Shown piece after piece: positions 40,104 through 52,189 of a stretch of 64,000 nucleotides of DNA. The notes below the pieces were generated by a model. That model ran no database searches. It worked only from the letters and a program-made list of their open reading frames with translations, and was not told the origin of the DNA. Within the stretch, counting starts at the first letter, position 1. Each line of letters opens with the position of its first letter. The translations under genes and the position numbers were made by a program. The DNA is from Octopus vulgaris (lineage: Eukaryota), in contig OX597818.1 in assembly GCA_951406725.2 (NCBI GenBank), positions 75,144,001 to 75,208,000 on the forward strand, given 5' to 3'.

Positions 40104-41810
40104 TCTATGTTTGACTTTTGCTTTATATTTGTACAAGTTGGCTCCAAGTCTCACCCAGAGACCTCAAGAGACAACAGGTTGGAAGTTCATGTTGTTGTTA
40201 TGCCTAGTGTGCCATATATCTGATTTTTGGGGAGTGGGGTGTTGTACTAGTGAATGCCTAAAAAAAACCAAACTTATGTTTGTTTTAAACCTTGAGATTA
40301 CATAGAAAGTATTTTGCGTAGGATATGAGCAGTTCCCATGAGCACTATCTTTTGAATTTCTGTCATTTTTGGGTGTCCTGGTATCTGAGTTAGGTAGCAA
40401 TCAGCCCCTTGTGCTATCATTCCCAGGGCACCTATGACAACAGGTATTGTTTTAGTCTTCAGCTTCCACATTTTGCTGATTTCTATTTCAAGATCTTTAT
40501 ATTTGCTCAGTTTTTGGTAGGTCTTGACAGATACGTTTATATCGATTGGGACAGTCATATCAATGGAGTCATGTTCATTGTCTGAAGTCTTTCAATATGA
40601 TGTCTGGCCTATTTGCATCTATCTTTCTGTCAGTTTGAATGGCGAAGTTCCAGAGGAGTAAGATGTGGTCATTTTCAAGCACTGGAGGTGGTTTGTGTTC
40701 CCACCAGTTTTTTTCATGGGGCAAATCCAGGTTTTTGCAAATTACCCAGTGAATATATTATGCAGCTCTATCATGCTCGTTGAGATATTCTGTAGGCGCT
40801 AGAAGACTGCACTTGGAGACAACATGATCAATGGTTTCAGTTTGTTGTTGACATACACGACATGTTAGGCACCTGCTGTTCTTTAATATGTTGGCCTGGT
40901 AGTTTCTTGTTGGTAGGCATTGATCTTGAGCTGCTATGATAAACCCTTCTGTTTCAGATTTTAAGCCAGAGGCCATTAGCCATTGATGGGTAAGGGCTTT
41001 GTCAGCATCTGCATTATTCTCTCTCTTTGGGTATTTGCCATAGAGAGGTTTTTCTTGCCATTTATCATTCAGAATATCTAAGGCCGCAGTTTTAGCACGG
41101 GTTTTCATGCGCTTAGCTTTTTCTGTGCTTGTTTCTTGTATGTCTAATTCCAAAATTTGTTGTATTCGGAATTCACTTAGATATTCCTTTGCCTGTTTTG
41201 TTACTGAGTATGATGCTTTCTTGTTTTCATGTTTTGAGACAAGTTTTAACATCCAGTCATCAGAGATTTTCAGGTAGGTGTCTAGGTCAATTGTAGCAAT
41301 CTTCATTGTTATTGCCAGTTGTAAAAGTCCACGGCTTCCCTCTTTTCTTGGCAGATAAAGTCGTTCTGTATCTGCCTTAGGGTGGTGCATTCTATGCATT
41401 GTCAACAGCTTTCGTATATTTCTGTCAAGATTACATATTTCAGTAATTGACCAGTTAATGATATTGAAACTGTAAGTCACGACTGGTATGGCTAAAGCAT
41501 TGATCGCTTCGATCCTGTTTCTCACATTCAGCTCTGTCTTGTGTATTGCCCTTACTCTACGATAACATTCTCTTCTGATCCTTTCCCTCAGCTCTGAATG
41601 TTTGATTCCGTCCCCCTCAATTACCCCGTAGGTACTTGTAGTTCTCCGCTGGGTCTAATTCTTTTATGACATTCTGCTGGTCAAGGTTAACGTTGGATAT
41701 TTTTGTCATTTTTTCTTTGATAAAGGTAGCTTTTGCAGATTTATCGAGGCCAAATTGCATTTTGATGTCATCACTGAATTGTTTAACAATCGCTAATAAG
41801 CCCTTGACTT
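40104..41810 (-). mobile_element. R4/Dong-clade retrotransposon, 5'-truncated, same family as 37432-39915
   Basis: ORFs 40758-41525 and 40298-40558; CRVC..ETIDHVVS.C, KLSKYKDL; flanked by (TTA)n on both sides. Confidence 0.93.
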
Positions 41811-41827
41811 ATTATTATTATTATTAA

Positions 41828-41891
<64 letters not shown>

Positions 41892-41955
41892 GTTGCTGTT
41901 GTTGTTGTTGTTGTTGCTGTTGTTGTTGCTGTTGTTGTTGTTGTTGTTATTAGTA

Positions 41956-42031
<76 letters not shown>

Positions 42032-42050
42032 TATGTTGTTGCTGTTGTTA
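41811..42050. repeat. (TTA)n/(TTG)n microsatellite
   Basis: Direct reading. Confidence 0.95.
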
Positions 42051-42177
42051 AATTACTAATAAACTACCTATATTATTAGTAGTTTTCACTTTTACCGTTT
42101 TTGTAATCAGCGTATGAGTTTAATGGATTTCTTATAAGCTGACAGGGAGAGATGACTTTAATCCTAGGCGCGGTAAG

Positions 42178-42240
42178 AGCTACCGATGAGAATTGAGATG
42201 CTTTAGCATAAAAAAAATCGAAATTACCGGTGATCTGGCT
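42178..42240 (+). ncRNA. Type I hammerhead ribozyme-like motif
   Basis: Helix I AGCUA/UGGCU; core CCGAUGA; helix II GAAUU/AAAUC plus AUGCU/AGCAU; GAAA; near-palindromic AUUACCGGUGAU; AUC triplet. Confidence 0.7.
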
Positions 42241-42366
42241 GTCCGCTAGGGAGCTTGTCTTCCTTGTCAGTCATTGAGATAGTGCTATCTGTGGCTATTG
42301 AGTTGTTTTGACTCTTATTTCTAGCAATGCTGGTACTACTTAATACTCTCTGTCACTTTAGTGTCG

Positions 42367-42458
<92 letters not shown>

Positions 42459-42554
42459 TGTGTATAGATATAATAATAATATTAATAATAGAAATATTAA
42501 AATTACTAAGTCTCTCTAAAAGAGAACAACGGCAGCGTTCCCGGAAAATAATAG

Positions 42555-42774
42555 TTATCGCCATACTAATATGGCATTCTTATAAAAATAAGAATAAAGC
42601 TGTCCGCTTATTAGCTGCCGGTCAAGTAGTGTGGAGCGACTGACCTCCCTTGTTCGAAGGTTATATGGATACAGTTTGTGTATCAAATAGCTAACTTAAG
42701 GCGATGGCCTCATGGAGCTAAGCGGACAGCTTTATTCTTATTTTTATAAAAATGCCATATCAGTATGGCGATAA
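42555..42774. repeat. 56-bp inverted repeats around a 108-bp structured core (MITE-like)
   Basis: 42555-42610 versus 42719-42774, two mismatches. Confidence 0.85.
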
Positions 42775-42855
42775 ATAATATTAATAATAATAATAAAACT
42801 ATATGTATATATATATATATATAACTATATACATATATATATATATATATAATAT

Positions 42856-42896
<41 letters not shown>

Positions 42897-42901
42897 ACAA
42901 A

Positions 42902-42984
<83 letters not shown>

Positions 42985-43199
42985 AATCAAATTCACAACG
43001 AAAATACTGGAAGTAAATATTTTAGCAAATACAAAATGAATGCAAAAATATTTATTTCTTGTTTTCTATTTTTATACTATTTTCAAACATGTATTAAGTT
43101 CAGTGCCAGACAGATATCTATTTCACTCAGCAAGACTCGTTATATAGCGAAACTGTTAGTGTGATCCCATCAGAAGGTTATGCAAAAAATGAATCTCAC

Positions 43200-43595
43200 A
43201 ACCAACATTTTTTATTGGAATCTAATGTGTTTTAGTCGACTATTTACGACTGGGGACGGAAAATTTCCGAAGTGTGCTTCTGTTCATCTTAAGAGCAAAT
43301 TAGAGTTACTTGAAAAAAAAAATAAACAATGAATTCAACAGCAGAATTTTAAATATTCAACTTACCATTGTAACTAGTGAGGCACCATTGAGATTAGGAT
43401 TTACGATCAAATTGAAGACGAATTGTAGGAGTAATTAATTTAGAAACGATGTCTGAAGAGTCGAAATACATATTTGTGAAGGATTAGAGCGAATTTCTTC
43501 TTTTCAAATACCATTTTTGAGACGTAGTTTAAAAGAAGGTTCAACAAACTTGAAGTTGGAAGATATTATTTTGGTAAGGGATCAGTTGGAGCGAT
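43200..43595 (+). mobile_element. Highly degenerate Bel/Pao LTR integrase-like remnant
   Basis: NLKLEDIILVRD resembles NLKVGD.VLV.D; upstream traces of WKFN..GG motifs. Confidence 0.35.
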
Positions 43596-44077
43596 AACGA
43601 GCATTGTCTCTCCTCTTCTCATCTCAGGAACATATTTTAACAACAAACCCGTTCTATTGACGTCTTTTAATACCAGTCATATACTATGGTTGATACAGTG
43701 GATTTTAAACACCTTACAAATCTTCAACCATATGCTAAAGTAATAAATTCTCATCTGTAAGCAATAAATCTGTGTTAGTAACTTAGATGGTTTTGTTTTA
43801 TGAATCCAATTCTTTCTTTTTATTTGTTTTTTTTTTATTCTTGTTGTTGCTGTTGTGCGCCCTGGTTCTGCTTCCACAACTGTCTTCTCTTCAAGAACTT
43901 CTACTTAATGGGTCTAACTTCCATCAATATTACCATTTTATCGCCCTTTACACTTAGAGTCATCTCTAGCATCACATTGAAATGCAATTATCTCCGACTA
44001 ACAGACAAAACATGATTCTGCATTCGAAATAAGTTAAAATAGCCGTAAAAAAGTTTTTATTCATATTATTACTCCCG

Positions 44078-44114
<37 letters not shown>

Positions 44115-44156
44115 AGCAATTAATGCTGCGATTACAATTACCACCACTACTACGGC

Positions 44157-44221
<65 letters not shown>

Positions 44222-44600
44222 CTGATGTTGTTGATTCAGATGACAGAGAGGACGTTGTTATACTTGTTCATTTCCTCATCTTCTTTATGGCCAACATTAG
44301 AATGGGAATCATTATCATCATAATCATCAACAACATCATCATTATCATCACCATCATTACCATCATTACCATCATCATCATCAACATCATCATCGTCGTC
44401 GTCGTCATCATCATCGCCGCCGTCATCATCATCGCCACCATCAGCATCATCGACAACATCATCATTATTAACTACACCAACGACACCATCAACATCTATC
44501 TACAACTAGATATACTACCGCTAGTTATGTTTACTGCTCAACGTAGTTTCGTTTCTCGTCTGCTTCCAGTATATGTGTGTACGTGTGTGTGTGCATATAC

Positions 44601-44643
<43 letters not shown>

Positions 44644-45906
44644 TATACATATATGTACATATAGATACATACATTCATATATATATACACGTATGTAAAT
44701 ACATGTATATATGCATATATATACACAGACATGGATACAGTGTATACAAATACACACATTCATACATGTTTGTGTGCTTGTGTGTTTTTGTATATGTAAA
44801 CATATATAGAGAAAAAAACTGGAAATTATTGAATATATACACATATATATATACACACTGAGAGAAAGAGAGAGAGAATACAATATATATAATTACATAT
44901 ATTATGTTTATATATCATGGAAACATTATGTATATTCAACACGTAGTAATAGTTATTCTATATATATACATACATACATACACATTCACACACAGACACG
45001 CACTCGCACGTGATCACACACACACACCAACATATATACATACATGTGTGTGTGTGTGTGTTTGTACATATACATATACAATTATATGTATACGGATGGG
45101 TGTATAAAAGTTATGACCATTTCCACTGTGGTACCTTACTTATAGCAACTTATCCTACAGATTCAACCAAGGTGTTTCTATTTTAAGCGGTTAAATGCAA
45201 TAAACTCTTAAAGTCGGATGATAAAAGTGTCTGACCTCATACATTACTCAATGCTTTATTGACGTCCACGGCAAGATCAACAAATAGTTTATGCATCGTA
45301 GAAAATATGATATGAACTTGCCAGCGAGGTTTGTATTCATATCAATGTAACTCTGTACCAAACTTTACGTATACCTAATATCAGAGAAATAAATATCTTG
45401 TACATTGACATCCCAAAGTGTTTACCAATTATCTTTAAATATCAAACACACACACACACATACGCGCGCGCACAGACACACACACATACACACACATGGT
45501 CATACACTCACGTAACATATAAAGAAAGACACAAACATATGTACACCTATACAGAAACAGGAAAATACAAAAGCACACACAAATATATTTTTGTATTTAC
45601 ATATGTGCGCACCAAAGGTTATACCGAACATATAAATCACACACACATACACATACACACATACACACCCATACACACACGCACGTGCGCGCCCATGCTT
45701 CCTCGGACGCACAAACTCGCCACAAACTTTAAAATAATCTCATATTTAGTTGTCTCTGGATGTGTGAGTGTGTGTATATCTGTGAATATCTTCGTCTATG
45801 TATTGTTCAAATGTGTATATCTACTTTTATTTGTTTACTAACTATACGCATGTATGTGCGTAAGTGTATTAATAATTCTGAATATGTTTAACTCAATATA
45901 TTTTCC

Positions 45907-45941
<35 letters not shown>

Positions 45942-45976
45942 GTACGTAGGTTTCTATATGAATATGTATGTATATG

Positions 45977-46008
<32 letters not shown>

Positions 46009-46057
46009 TGTAGATAGATAGATATATATGTATGTATGTATCCATATATATGTATGC

Positions 46058-46169
<112 letters not shown>

Positions 46170-46329
46170 TTGCAAGACTTTTGATGTGAAATCGTGTGTT
46201 GAAACGGATATCGTTGTATTTAGGAATGGTCATTTTGCCAGTTTAGCCAATAAAAACACACGTACTATATATTTGGTGTTATTTTGCTTCAGCGTTATTT
46301 ACTTTTTACATTAATCTTAATCTCATTTC

Positions 46330-46374
46330 GGCCAGAGTTCTTTCGTCACACTCCTGTGACCGCATCGGTGGTCC
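46330..46374 (-). ncRNA. Hammerhead-like motif, variant core
   Basis: GGACCA CCGAUGCG GUCAC AGGAGU GUGAC GAAA GAAC UC UGGCC. Confidence 0.6.
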
Positions 46375-46606
46375 TTTGCTTTCTACTTTCACCACAAGAT
46401 ATGACAGAAGAGGATCCCCATAAACTGGTTACAAATTAAACAAAACTGAAAACATAATAAAATAAAATACACAGATAAATAAACAAATGGAAATAGAAAA
46501 CTATATACATAGAATTTTTTTATTATTATTACTATTATTATTGTTATACATACATACATACGTAATAATAGTAATAATAATAATAATAATAATAACAATA
46601 ATAATG

Positions 46607-46668
<62 letters not shown>

Positions 46669-46669
<1 letters not shown>

Positions 46670-47943
46670 TCCTTAACTGGACACGAAATGAACTGTCCAA
46701 AATAGATAGGAAAACAAGAAAAATACTGACAGGATCTAGGATGCATCACCCAAAATCTGACATAGAAAGACTATATATACAACGTATAGAAGGTGGTAGA
46801 GGGCCTTATACAGCTGGAAACCTACTATAAAATAACCACCATAGGACTGCAAAAATACCTAATTCAGAAGGAAGGAAAACTGATCCAGATAGCAGCAAAA
46901 CACGAGCAAAACAAAAAACTGTTCTCAGTATTTAAGGAAGCTGACAAATACAAACAAGAAATCATACCACCTAATAAACACAAAGAAGAAGAAGAAGATG
47001 ATGAAGAAACAACAAAAGCTATAAAACAAATGAAATCCAAACTAAAAATAGAACAGCAACGAGCCATGATAAAACGATGGCAAGAAAAGCCCCTTCATGG
47101 TAAATACTGCACTAAACTAAACGCAAAAGAAATAGACAAAGAAAAATCCCAGCAATGGTTGAGAAGCTCAGGACTCAAAGCAGAAACAGAGGGATTTTTA
47201 ATTGCAGCACAAGACCAAAGCCTCCCCACCAGAAATTACCAAAAACATGTAATGAAAAGAAATATTACAAGTAACTGCAGAATATGTGGAGATGGACAAG
47301 AAACAATAAATCATATTATCTCTAGCTGCCCAGTCCTGGCTAAGAAGGAATATATTCACAGACATGACAGAGTTGGAACCTACATACATTGGAAGCTATG
47401 CCAACATTATGGAATAACAACAGAAAAAAGATGGTATAGGCACACACCAGAAAAGGTCACAGAAAACGAGAAAGCAACCATACTCTGGGATATGCCGATA
47501 CACACAGATAGAGAAATTAAGGCCAACAGACCAGATATAGTTGTCAGAGATCATGAAGAAAAAAAATGCTTTCTAATTGATGTATCAATACCGGCAGATG
47601 ACAACGTGTCTCTAAAAGAAATGGAGAAACTCTCAAAATACAAAGACCTGGAAATAGAGGTAACTAGAATGTGGAACCTGAAAACAGAAACAATTCCTAT
47701 CATAGTAGGTGCATTAGGCATGATAAAAAAATATTCAGACAAATACATAACAAAAACACCAGGACTTACAAACACATATAACATACAGAAAATTGTACTA
47801 CTAGGCACTGCACACATCCTACGCAGAACACTTTCCATACAATAACCATCAGAGCATCACAACAAATCACAGCACATACCCAAGGCACACAGAGCTGCGC
47901 TCGGTAGTGAAGTGAAAGCACGCTATAAAAATAAAACTTCTGA
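46669..47943 (+). mobile_element. Young 5'-truncated R4/Dong-clade retrotransposon in (TAA)n
   Basis: Open 350-aa frame to 47845 with CRIC..ETINHIISSC, RHD, RPDIV..IDVS..EKLSKYKDL; one +1 frameshift near 46801; (TAA)n on both sides. Confidence 0.95.
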
Positions 47944-47976
47944 ATAATAATAATAATAATTATAATAATAATAATG

Positions 47977-48052
<76 letters not shown>

Positions 48053-48236
48053 GTGGGTGTAATCACATGAACAAAATAAGAATAAAAAAAGGCATCCCCC
48101 CACACACACACACTATAACTAAACATAGACGCACGTAGAGATATATGCATGCGCAAATGAAGACACATACAATAGAAATACAAAATGGCTGATGGTTAGT
48201 AAGGAGAGACACACAAATAACAAAGAAGAAAGCAAA

Positions 48237-48281
48237 GGACCACTGATGCGGTCACAAGAGTGTGATGAAAGAACTCTGGCC
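48237..48281 (+). ncRNA. Hammerhead-like motif, variant core
   Basis: GGACCA CUGAUGCG GUCAC AAGAGU GUGAU GAAA GAAC UC UGGCC. Confidence 0.6.
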
Positions 48282-48395
48282 GAAATAAGATTAACATTAA
48301 TGTAAAAAATAAATAACGCTGAAGCAAAGTAAGACCAAGTATATAGTGCGTGTGTTTTTATTGGCTAAACTGGCAACATGACCATTCCTAAATAT

Positions 48396-48439
<44 letters not shown>

Positions 48440-48556
48440 TTATTTATTTTTATTTTTATTTTGTCTAGTTTCAGCTCACAAGCTGCGGCCATGCTGGGGC
48501 AACCCCATTTGGTGTTGCTACATGATTTTACTTCACGAATGCTTTTTATAGACGCC

Positions 48557-48595
<39 letters not shown>

Positions 48596-48626
48596 GCCAA
48601 CAATATATATATATATATATATACAG

Positions 48627-48815
48627 ACGCCATGATAGATCGTTAGCCACTACACACATTTTTTTCTCTCCTTGTTTTCTATGTCCCCTTCTGTAGAAGA
48701 GCGTAGGCTCGAAACGTAAAAGACTTTTTCTATTCCTGAGCGTTATACTAATACATCTGTTTATTTTGTACACCACCTGTCTTCGTCTTTTGTTGTTTTT
48801 TCGTAAACTTTCCCT
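48627..48815 (+). mobile_element. Short repeat with a hammerhead-like motif (48686-48722), CUGU-core family
   Basis: CCUU CUGUAGA A GAGC GUAG GCUC GAAA CGUA AAAG; homologous to the minus-strand copies at 56968 and 58572. Confidence 0.65.
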
Positions 48816-48910
48816 AATGTGCGGGTATGTACATATATATATACATACATATATATATATATATACATATATATATACATATATATATATATATACATAC
48901 ATATATATAT

Positions 48911-48963
<53 letters not shown>

Positions 48964-49689
48964 CATATATATATACATATATACATATATATGCATACAT
49001 ATATGTATATATATACTTATAAAATGTTGAACTTTTTCTTTGTATTTTTTTTTTACTCTATACTTCATATTCTTTTATTAATAACATTTTGTTGTATTCG
49101 AGGACCTTCAGAAAGATTTGCATATTTCTTAATGTTTCAAACACACGACCCGAAAGCAAATGATTTACTCTCTCATTTATTACTTTAAAGCTTTTAATTT
49201 AAGAGACCAACTTCGTGTGGTGTTATATCTAGGGTTTGGTCTACAACAAACACTTTTTTAAAATTCTTATCCGTCATATATTAAAAATGTTTCACTATCT
49301 AAAGTTATGTTGCGATCCAAAGCGAACGCACACACACACGCACAAACACACGCACACACACACACACATGCACAACAAAACACACACACACAGAGATCCG
49401 AACCCGCGATCCCTCGACCGCGAGTCCGCTGTTCTAACCACTAGGCCATGTACTTCTACATCACTGTTTCGAAAAGTATATTTCAAAGCATACAGTGCTA
49501 TAAAGAAAATCATATGAACATTGTATTAAGAGACAATTTTGATTTGCTTCTCAGCCACACGATTTGGGATTCAGTCCCACTGCGTGGCACATTGGGCAAG
49601 TGCCTTCTTCTATAGCCTCGGGCCGACCAAAGCCTTGTGATTGGATTTGATACATGGAAACCGAAAGAAGCTCGCCATATATATGTATA

Positions 49690-50330
49690 TATAATATAAA
49701 TAATATATAAATATATGCATATATACATACATATATGTACATACCTACATATATATGTATATATACATGCATATATGGTACAGGACATCTCCTCCTTGAC
49801 TCTCTCGTCGCTGACACGTGACGAAAGGGAATCTATCTTTTCTTCCTAAAGACAAGATGTGCTTATACCTGTGTCCTCTCATAGCTCGTCCTCCTCGCGT
49901 TCATAATATTTTTTCTATCGCCTTGACTTAACAGCCCTCACCGTTTGTTTTCACTGTCTTTTTCTCACTGTCCTGTTCTTGTTACCACTTTCACCCTCTG
50001 CAAAAAATCCCAAATTTTACTTAATTTGCTTTGCAAGAAGGACTGTTTCAACGAATTTGCGTATTGTCCTTGCCTACGCGGAGTAGATGAAACAGGGACA
50101 ACTGATGAAGGGGAATATTCTGTATATTGCATGTCTCGTTTCTGTTTTTTTTTTCATTGTTCGATAAAAGTTCGTTTTGTATGTTTTTGTTTTTATGTTT
50201 TCGTTTCTCATTGTAGTCAAGGTTTTTTTGATGTCCTGTACACATATATGCATGTATATATACATATATATGTAGGTATGTACGTATATGTATGTATATA
50301 TGCATATATTTGTATATTATTTATATTATT
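49690..50330. mobile_element. Repeat with an inverted ~100-bp copy of its own end
   Basis: 49690-49789 is the reverse complement of 50230-50330. Confidence 0.7.
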
Positions 50331-50447
50331 ATGCGATCGAACGCCACGCATCCTTTTCCAAGTAAGTTTTTATGTACACACACGCGCGCGCGCACACACA
50401 CACACACACACACATACACATACGTTTATATATATATATATATATAT

Positions 50448-50850
50448 AGGAGCAGGAATGGTTGTGTTGTAAGAAGCTTGCTTCTCAACCACATCGTTCG
50501 GGGTTCAGTCCCACTGCGTGTCACCTTGGGCAAGTGTCTTGTACTATAGACTCGGTCCGACAAAAGCCCTATAAGTGGATTTGGTAGATGGAAGCTGAAA
50601 GAAGCCCGTCGTTTACATATATACGTATATGTATGTATTTGTGTGTATGTGTGTTTGTCCTCCTACCCTTGACAACCGATGTTGGTGTATTTACGTCCCT
50701 GTAACTTAGCGGTTCGGCAAAAGAGACCGATAGAATAAGATAGAATAAGAATAAGTACTAGGCTTAAAAGAATAAGTCCTGGGGTAGATTTGTTCGACTA
50801 AAGGCGATGTTCCAGCATGGTTGTAGTCAAACGACTGAAAGAAGTAAAAG
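50448..50850 (+). mobile_element. SINE family A, full length
   Basis: Head and tail consensus. Confidence 0.9.
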
Positions 50851-50880
50851 GATTATGTATGCTTATATATATAAGCATAC

Positions 50881-50930
<50 letters not shown>

Positions 50931-51743
50931 CATGCACACATACATACGTATGTACAGATACATGTGTACGAATGTACCTATATGTGTGTGCATGCGTGTG
51001 TGTGTGTGCGTGCTTGTATGCGTGTGTGTGTGTGTGTGTCGTATACATGTCTATATACATGTATTTTTATGTATGTTTGCATGTACAAACGCAAGAAGTT
51101 CTGAGTAAACACTCACGAAAACTCACATTTGAATGAATAATTTTATTCCACTCCGCATAACATTATTGAGAACTTTATTCGCTTAATTGCATCTCACATC
51201 CACGTAAACCTCCAAACATCTTATATATGCGAGTTCCTCTGTGAGTATGTGTTTGTGTGTGCGGGGAAGTGTCGAGTGTATATGTGTGCTTCCGTAGGTG
51301 TATTAAGTGTGTAAATGTATCTTCATATGTGTCTATTTTAAATATTTTGCTTTTTTTTTTATATACGCATCCTGTGTAACAGCGTTTTTAATGTACACAC
51401 GCTCGTCCATACAATAACTACGCACTCACACACACGGACACACATACGTATACATACAACACATAGTCAAAGAGATTATGCCCTACATATACACATTTGT
51501 ATACTTTTATGTAAAGAGAAACGTGTGTTGGATCCATACTTAGCTAATGTTAAGCTATTAACAAACAATAATATTCAACCAATTAATAAGACATTGGTAA
51601 CATACAAGTTGTTAATATTAGAATCTCCGTTAATGTACCTTCGATAAATAAGTTGTGAGTGTTATGACTCAGTACATATCAATATTTTTAGAGGCGAGGT
51701 TTTCCATTAAATACTTAGAAATAGAAATCAGAGGTAGATTGCG

Positions 51744-51828
<85 letters not shown>

Positions 51829-51857
51829 TATAGATAGATAGATAGATAGATAGATAG
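51744..51857. repeat. (GATA)n microsatellite
   Basis: Direct reading. Confidence 0.95.
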
Positions 51858-52189
51858 AAAACAGAACAAAGGAAATTTTGTTCACAAATTACATAGTCAC
51901 GACAACTTACACATATTCATTAATAATGATAACCATTAAATTTTTTAATGTAAACCACAGAAGCGGATTACATCACTAAACCTTCAGAAATTGTGTAATA
52001 CATACAAATAATCTTTAAGATTTAATGGATATTGGATAGTGTTACCAACGACTATATTAGCCTATGGAGTCCTGGATACTGGCTATGAGTGATGCAATTT
52101 AAACCTAAACTGAACGTCATAATTATATGCATGTATATATGCATGTATGTATGCATGTTAATGTATGTATGGATGGATGTATGTATGCA

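Larger units (their letters stand above)
46208..48403. mobile_element. Inverted-repeat element with ~180-bp hammerhead-bearing arms; central (TAA)n invaded by a Dong-like copy
   Basis: 46208-46387 is the reverse complement of 48224-48403 with scattered differences. Confidence 0.8.

Noticed and set aside
50085-50120. GAAAC..CTGATGA as a permuted hammerhead
   Set aside because: Spacing is too short to form helices I and III.
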